Assembly (NCBI RefSeq): GCF_009914755.1 | Contig: NC_060934.1 | DNA from: the human T2T-CHM13v2.0 reference genome, Homo sapiens | Strand: one strand, 5' to 3' | DNA length: 64,000 nucleotides | Shown: piece after piece, positions 57,331 through 64,000 of the stretch | How positions within the stretch are numbered: position 1 is the first letter of the stretch | Layout of the letters: every line of letters begins with the position of its first letter | The notes under the pieces: model-generated | Seen by the model: the letters and a program-made list of their open reading frames with translations, nothing else | The model's database searches: none | Told to the model about the DNA's origin: nothing | Translations under genes and position numbers: made by a program

Positions 57331-58391
57331 ATAGTCATTTGTTACACATTTTCAAGAACGGACTAGATATAAAAGTGGGGAAATGGTGCTCTCATGCCCT
57401 TGCTGTAAAGGAAATCATAGTGAACGATCAGAAAACCACCTGCACTTTTAAAAATCAACTGACATACTGTTTCAGTTATAAATGGGTAGGATGTAGGAAA
57501 CTGTGAACCTGTTGGTCTGCAACAGTGTTCAGCAAGGATAACGCTATATTTACATCCAGTTTGCCTTGATCTGGTATAAAAGCTGGAAATCTTATTAAAA
57601 AACCAAGACAATTCAAAGATGTGCTGGTCTTTACAAGAAACTGTGGGAGTAGGTTTTAGATTTGTCTGTTACAAAGAGAGACTAATGGAACTCTCCCAGA
57701 TGCAAATAAAATTCCTTACAAATAAATATCAGAAGGAAGGTGTGGACTCAATCATTACTTTACGACATTTGTCTGTGTATCTGAAATGGCCTAGTAAAGT
57801 AGTTTGTGTCAAGTAGGTGCGCAACAGATACTGTCCTTGACTCACATTAGTTCTTTAACCCCTCATGCTCCAGCAAAGCCTACAGGCCCTAGCAATACTG
57901 TAAATCATGTGTCATTCACAGTCATGAATGGCCAAACCAAGAATGTTAAATTCTTCAAATGCTTAAAACTATATTAAAGACATTGATATTCTGACAGACC
58001 TACTCTGGAACTGATCCATACAGTCACAATCACCACCCACAGTGATGAGCCACGGTACCTGAGGCCTAGAAGCCATCTGGTTGCTACCTTGGAGGGTCTG
58101 CAGCATCTCTTCATGGCCTGGCTCTCCCTCATTATCCCGCAGGTCTTAAGGCCTCAGCTACCTGAGGTTTCAGGACACCATGAGTGTAGAGGCTAAGCAA
58201 TCCTTAATTGCTGAAATATCATAGAAAGTTTCAAAGAATCAGAGAAGACACAGCTGTCTGCCAGTGGCTTTTCAGGGCAAGAGGTATCTAGGAACTTTCA
58301 CAGTAAAGTGTTCATCATATTTAATATTTACCAGGAAGATATAAATCCAGTACCTTAACTAGGTCCCCTGTCTGTCAAAACTAGGTCAGCA

Positions 58392-58640
58392 TGTTGTCAC
58401 TCATAAGTGGGACCTTAATAATGTGGACACACAGAAGCAGAGTGTGGTATGACGGGCAGCAGAGACTTGGAAGCGTGGGAGTGGGAGGGGGCTGGATGAT
58501 GAGAAGTTACTCGGTGGGTACAGCACGCACATTGCTCCAGTGATGGGTGCACTGAAGGCCCTGACTTCCCACAATATAATATACCAATGTAGCAACACTG
58601 CACTTGTACCTGATGAATACAAACAAATTAAAAAAATTTT
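58392..58640 (+). mobile_element. L1MA-like 3' end
   Basis: tcactcataagtggga...gatgagaagttactcggtgggtaca...cagtgatgggtgcactgaaggccctgacttc...gtagcaacactgcacttgtacc. Confidence 0.8.
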
Positions 58641-58642
58641 AA

Positions 58643-58961
58643 GGCCGGGAGTGGTGGCTCACTCCTATAATTCCAGCACTTTGGGAGGCCAAGGCGGGTG
58701 GATCACAAGATCAGGCGTTCGAGACCAGCCTGGCCAACATGGCGAAACCCTATCTCTACTAAAAATACAAAAATTAGCTGGGCATGGTGGCACGTGCTGT
58801 AGTCCCAGCTACTCAGGAGGCTGAGGCAGAAGAATGGCGTGAACCCAGGAGGCAGAGCTTGCAGTGAGCCGAGATCGCACCACTGCACTCCAGCCTGGGC
58901 GACAGAGCAAGACTCTGTCTCAAAAACAAAAACAAAAACAAAACAAAAACAAACAAAAAAA
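58643..58961 (+). mobile_element. Alu with an AluSg-type left arm and an AluY-type right arm
   Basis: Left: gttcgagaccagcctggccaacatgg; right: agaatggcgtgaaccc...gagcttgcag; (CAAAAA)n tail. Confidence 0.9.
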
Positions 58962-59075
58962 TTAAGATAAAGTTACATTTGTTATAACATCTATGATCTC
59001 TCTTTTTGTCATTGTAATTGTGTAATCAACATTTAAAAATAGTGATGAAAGGTGAGTATTAACATCTAGGTAGGT

Positions 59076-59079
<4 letters not shown>

Positions 59080-59111
<32 letters not shown>
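59080..59111. repeat. (GT)n microsatellite
   Basis: Directly visible. Confidence 0.97.
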
Positions 59112-59114
<3 letters not shown>

Positions 59115-62100
59115 AAAATTTAGCTCTTTCCCATTTAGGAATTCAGGATGCAGCTCAAGCACATCACCCCTTAGAAGCCCATCCTTCCTCAACCTGAGTC
59201 AGTCTCCTTAGCATCCTATTTAATTCTTATCACTCTGTACACAATGTATTGAGTGTGGTCTGCTATGTGATACCAGGTGGGGTGACCCTGAGGGGTGAAT
59301 AGGTCTTATTCATTTCCATCCCTACCACAGGCACCTACCACAATTCTTGGCCCACAGTCAAATTGTGGGGAAGTGAGTAATCAGTCACAAAGGCTGCCAG
59401 ATACACTGACAGACAGATGTGTACAAGAACTCTGGGCTTGTGCAAAGACTTTAAACCCTTGACTATTTCACAGGGCTGAAACATACAGACCAAAGGAAAG
59501 AAGGAAATAGAAGGAAAAGAATAACTAGAAGTCTGTAACCTCAATCAGCTTTAGTTTTTGTTACAAAGCAGGTATTTTTTAAATTATGCTAATAGCTTGC
59601 AAAACCCCCAAAACCCTCCCCCACAAATTCTGTTGCAACCAAATTCTAATAATTTACGATTTAAATCATTTTTTAGATCTCCCTCCTTTCTGCCACAGAC
59701 CACACAGTGACTTTGTGAAATACAGAGAAAACCCTCATTCCTCAAGACACTTGGCTGCCAACTGCCAGAAAAAAAATCACCGGAAGTGTTCCAATCCACG
59801 CTATAGTTTTATAGCACCCCTTGGAGTTGTATTGTCTGTACCTTGCTCAACTGGTCCTCTACAACCTCAGCACACCCCAATTCCATTTGCATCCTGCCCT
59901 TCCCTTCTTTAAAAATCCTAGGTAATAATAGAATTAAAAACAAACTTGGAGTTAAATTTTTATTTTACCACTGCACTGCCTTCTAAGTACCTGATACAGG
60001 TTCAGTGTATTATATAACTTTCAGAAGACTAAAAAATTACTGCTTTTCAAACTTTCTGCCTGGTAATGAATGACCTGTTAAGTAATCAAAGCAGAGGCCA
60101 GAGAAAAGAGGAAAAAGATATCTGTTAGGTGGTTGTCATGCAGATTTATCTGGAGGGAACTGTTTCCAGGTCATGATCATCAGTAAGTTCTGAAATGGCA
60201 AACTTTTTTCCTTTTAAATAACACTTTTCTTCATGGAAGACGACAAACTCTTATTTTTAAATATATTTTCACAATTCCAGAATTATATGAAGTCAACATG
60301 AAACTAAAGCAGTATTTTTCACAGAGGTGATTTATAATTATTTTACACGCCACTATTTGTAGCTTTTGAAAATTTATAAAGAAACGTACTTTTCCACTAT
60401 TAAGCACATTTTTCTATATACATTTGTAGTATAAATAAGATTTTAGGGGGATTCATTTGAGGGGAACTTAGAATAACTACTTTCTATTCCAATGGTGTTG
60501 GAATCAACACATGAATCACATCAAAACAAAATGTAAGCAAATCTGATTTCAAAATTGGAATTAAAAACAACCTATAATAGAGTTTAAAAAATAAAGATTT
60601 ACTAACTGAAGCAGTGTAAGCATTTCATCTGAGTTGCTGGATACACTTTAAAGTTCGGAATATCATATCTTTCAACATATTCGCTAATTATTCACTAATT
60701 CAGACTTTATATCATTTCCTCTACTTAGATGGACATTATCAATCAATTCCAAGTACTGAAGCTTTTGTCCGAATTTGTGCACATCAGGGAATCCTCTGGC
60801 CTCATGAACTTGGTGTTCACCATTTCATCTGGACACTCTGCAGCTTTGGTCATGAGCTGAGCTCCATGGGCTTCTGCTCTGTCGTTTGCTCCACACTTGG
60901 TCAGGCCCCAAACCCTGGCAAGGTTACCACAGCCGGAGCAGGGCCAGGCTGGCCTCTCTCGGAGACAATCAGGACTTTCAGTTAAAACAAAGGTGATAAG
61001 GAAGTGCAGTCTCAGGCTAAGATCAGTTTCTTGCCTGTAAGTGATATTTAATTTACATTTATAGTCTGTAAAAACAGTTAAGCTGCAAGAGACATCCACC
61101 CACCTCACCAAAAGGAATCACCTTGGAGGCAACTACCTGGTCCCAAAGCATTTTGTTTTAGGAACAAATATTTTCAAATCCCTGTATTCTCAAAGAGTCA
61201 ACCCAAGACCCCCTATATAGTCTATGGAATAGAACTAGTAATGAAAGGCATAAACTGATACAGAAAATTCAGTTTAAAAATATCTGTCAGTTTTACAGAA
61301 ATGTATATATACAACAATCTACATTAATTCACTCTAACATTGGAGTCCATTTTATGCAATGTGAAATGCATATTCAAAATAGTTATTACATAGCCATAGA
61401 ACAAATGAATTATCTAGTTACTTTCTGTTCTGTAACGATACAGAAAGTTTATAATTTTCACATTTCTATGTACACACCTGTTTTAATGAAAAATACTAAG
61501 GATATCTCAACTTGCTTGATTGGAAAAGAAAACAGGTATCTTTTAAAATCAACTACTGCATCTCCTTTAGTTACACAAAATCAACCAATTGGGGAAAAAA
61601 TGGAAGAAGACATGAAACAACAAGAGAAAGAAAGTAATCAAATAGTTATTTACACCAAGGACTTAGGGTACCCAAGGAAAAGCTCTAGAACATCTGGGAA
61701 GTTAATTTAAAACTGGATTGCGGATTTAGGGCTCGATAAAGTCTCCCAAGAAGTTGAAAATGCATCTCACAATGGGACTCCACATAAATCCTCATGAATT
61801 TTTATTAATAGTTGATTGATATTCCATCCTTATGCAGGAGCAAGGAAGAAAATAACACAAACTTAAGATCACAAAATACCAACAAGATTGGTACTTGAAG
61901 CCATGGGTTTGTACTGTCTAAAGGACAGGAGAACCAAGTGATTAGGTCAAAATAAAAAGATGAGTTATCGTGCCAAATTGCACATGAAGCAGGATCTTGG
62001 AGCTTTTGTTAGAAGGCTAAAATTGAAAGAAATCCCAGGCAGCTCCAGGAGATTTTGATCATGGAATGGCCTAAAATCTCTTTAAAGACCTAAAAGTTCA

Positions 62101-62619
62101 GTGGTCTATGAAGGGAAAGACATTAAAACAAAAATGCAGATACTCTGCTGGAGGATTATTTGCCTGCTAACGACCAAAGTCTAAAACAGCTTTCATTTAT
62201 CCCCACATTTCTGCAGAATATTTAAACTTCCTCTAAGGCTAAAATAAATACATAAATAAACAACCCCCATTACACATTACTTCTACAAACAAATTGTGGT
62301 TTCGGGCAATGTTAATCAACAAAAAGAATTAAACAAGAAGTCTTTAAAATTAGCCATGACCTTATTTATGGCTTCATTACTTTCAAGATTTCATTTGTTG
62401 GGTGTTTTATGTCACCTCAGCCTTTAATTTCATTGCTGCATCTCTAACTATATTAGAATAGCTTAATGGATGGTGATTGCTTGTTTTTAACTCACCAAAA
62501 TTTAACATTTGCAAAATGTATAACACCAAAGAGCCACGTAATTCACCCATGTATTAGATGCAATTGGATTTATCCTTTTAAACTGATCCTATAGTATGAT
62601 GTGAACCAATATGACACAG

Positions 62620-63300
62620 TCTGATATAATTAGCCTGAGATTGGATGTCTTACAGGCCCGTAAACACCATACTGAGGGCTTAGACTGCATCTTGGAGACA
62701 ATAAGCCACAGAATTATTTTAAGCAAGGGAATGACATGGTCATATTTTGTTTCAGGTACAAAACTCCAGGTACTGGGTGAAATACGGACTTGTGGAGAAC
62801 AAGACTGGAGATGGGAGAGGGGTCAGGAGACGACCATCAGTATCCATGGGCCGCACGACAGAAGGAGAGAAGGATGTGGAATTACTTGTAATGGCAAATT
62901 GGTAGGGCTTTGTCTCTGACTGTTATCGGGGGGAGCAGGCTACAAAAGAAAGGCTCTGGCTTGAGATGTGTGGGTTGTGATTGCGTTTGCTGAGATTAGG
63001 CTGTTGAAACTAGAGGAGGTTTAGAATGAAGAATGATGAATTCTGTTTTAGATCAGTTGGGATCAGGTGACTGATAGGCACAGGAAATGTGCATTCCCAG
63101 CTGGTGGTGCTGGAGAAATCTGGGGCTTATAAAGAGAGAACTGGGCTAGTGAGATCAGGCATCATCATGCCTAATGGTAGTGAAAACCTTAACCAAGAAA
63201 AACACATAGGAAATAGCAGTGGTCCAGAGCTATTTCCCTAGGAAATCCAAAACCTAAGAGGAAAAAGTAGAATAGAACCTCTAAAGAGACATCTAAAGAA
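62620..63300 (-). mobile_element. L2 relic
   Basis: ttttaagcaagggaatgacatggtcatattttgtttcag...gatgaattctgttttagat...gagagaactgggctag. Confidence 0.55.
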
Positions 63301-63310
63301 TAGTTCAAAA

Positions 63311-63617
<307 letters not shown>

Positions 63618-63754
63618 TCAAAGGAAGGAGAAAACAGTGCCACAAAAACAAAGAGAACAGAGTTTCAGGAATGCCACAGAGTAATCTAGAATGCAAAGGA
63701 CTCAACTTTCATTGAATCATGCTTCTAGGAGGCAATTAGGAAACAAATACACGA

Positions 63755-64000
63755 TGGGTACTGCAACAAATCACCACAACTGTATTGCCTTGAGACAACA
63801 CACATTTATTATATTATAGTTCTGGGGGTCAGAAGTCTGAAATGGGTTTCACTGGGTGAAAATCAAGGTGTTGGCAGAGCCAAGTTCCTTCCGGAGGCTC
63901 GAGGGGAGAATCTGCTTCCTCGCTTTTTTTCCAGCTACTGGAAGCCACCTGCATCCCTTGGCTCATGGTCCCTTCCTCTGACTTCAGTCAATAGGGCAGC
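63755..64000 (-). mobile_element. ERVL-MaLR LTR (MLT1-like), runs off the window
   Basis: aacaaatcaccacaac...tagttctgggggtcagaagtctgaaatgggtttcactggg..aaaatcaaggtgttggcag. Confidence 0.85.

Noticed and set aside
60743-61111. 122-aa minus-strand ORF in unique sequence
   Set aside because: No recognisable protein and no convincing splice boundaries; length compatible with chance

Overview
This is primate genomic DNA, most likely human or another catarrhine given the AluJ, AluS and AluY elements. It is AT-rich, CpG-depleted and reads as deep intronic or intergenic sequence. I could not confidently recognise any protein-coding gene or RNA gene, and the ORF track is mostly Alu/L1-derived or chance ORFs. 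The window is dominated by interspersed repeats: about 20 Alu/FLAM/FRAM elements, nested L1s, six LTRs, MER2, and MIR/L2 relics. Repeat family names come from recalled consensus similarity, not a database search, and the edges of old elements are approximate. I found no convincing new multi-gene system. The most interesting signals are structural: (i) a compound A-B-A-A-B minisatellite at an LTR33-like end (38583-38826); (ii) a perfect 42-bp palindrome with a (TA)n tract inside an L1 (32334-32450); (iii) a 61-bp copy of an LTR/flank junction 892 bp upstream of its source; (iv) small TSD-flanked or hairpin insertions; (v) an AluS/AluY chimera; and (vi) several well-formed minus-strand candidate exons that may belong to an unidentified host transcript.
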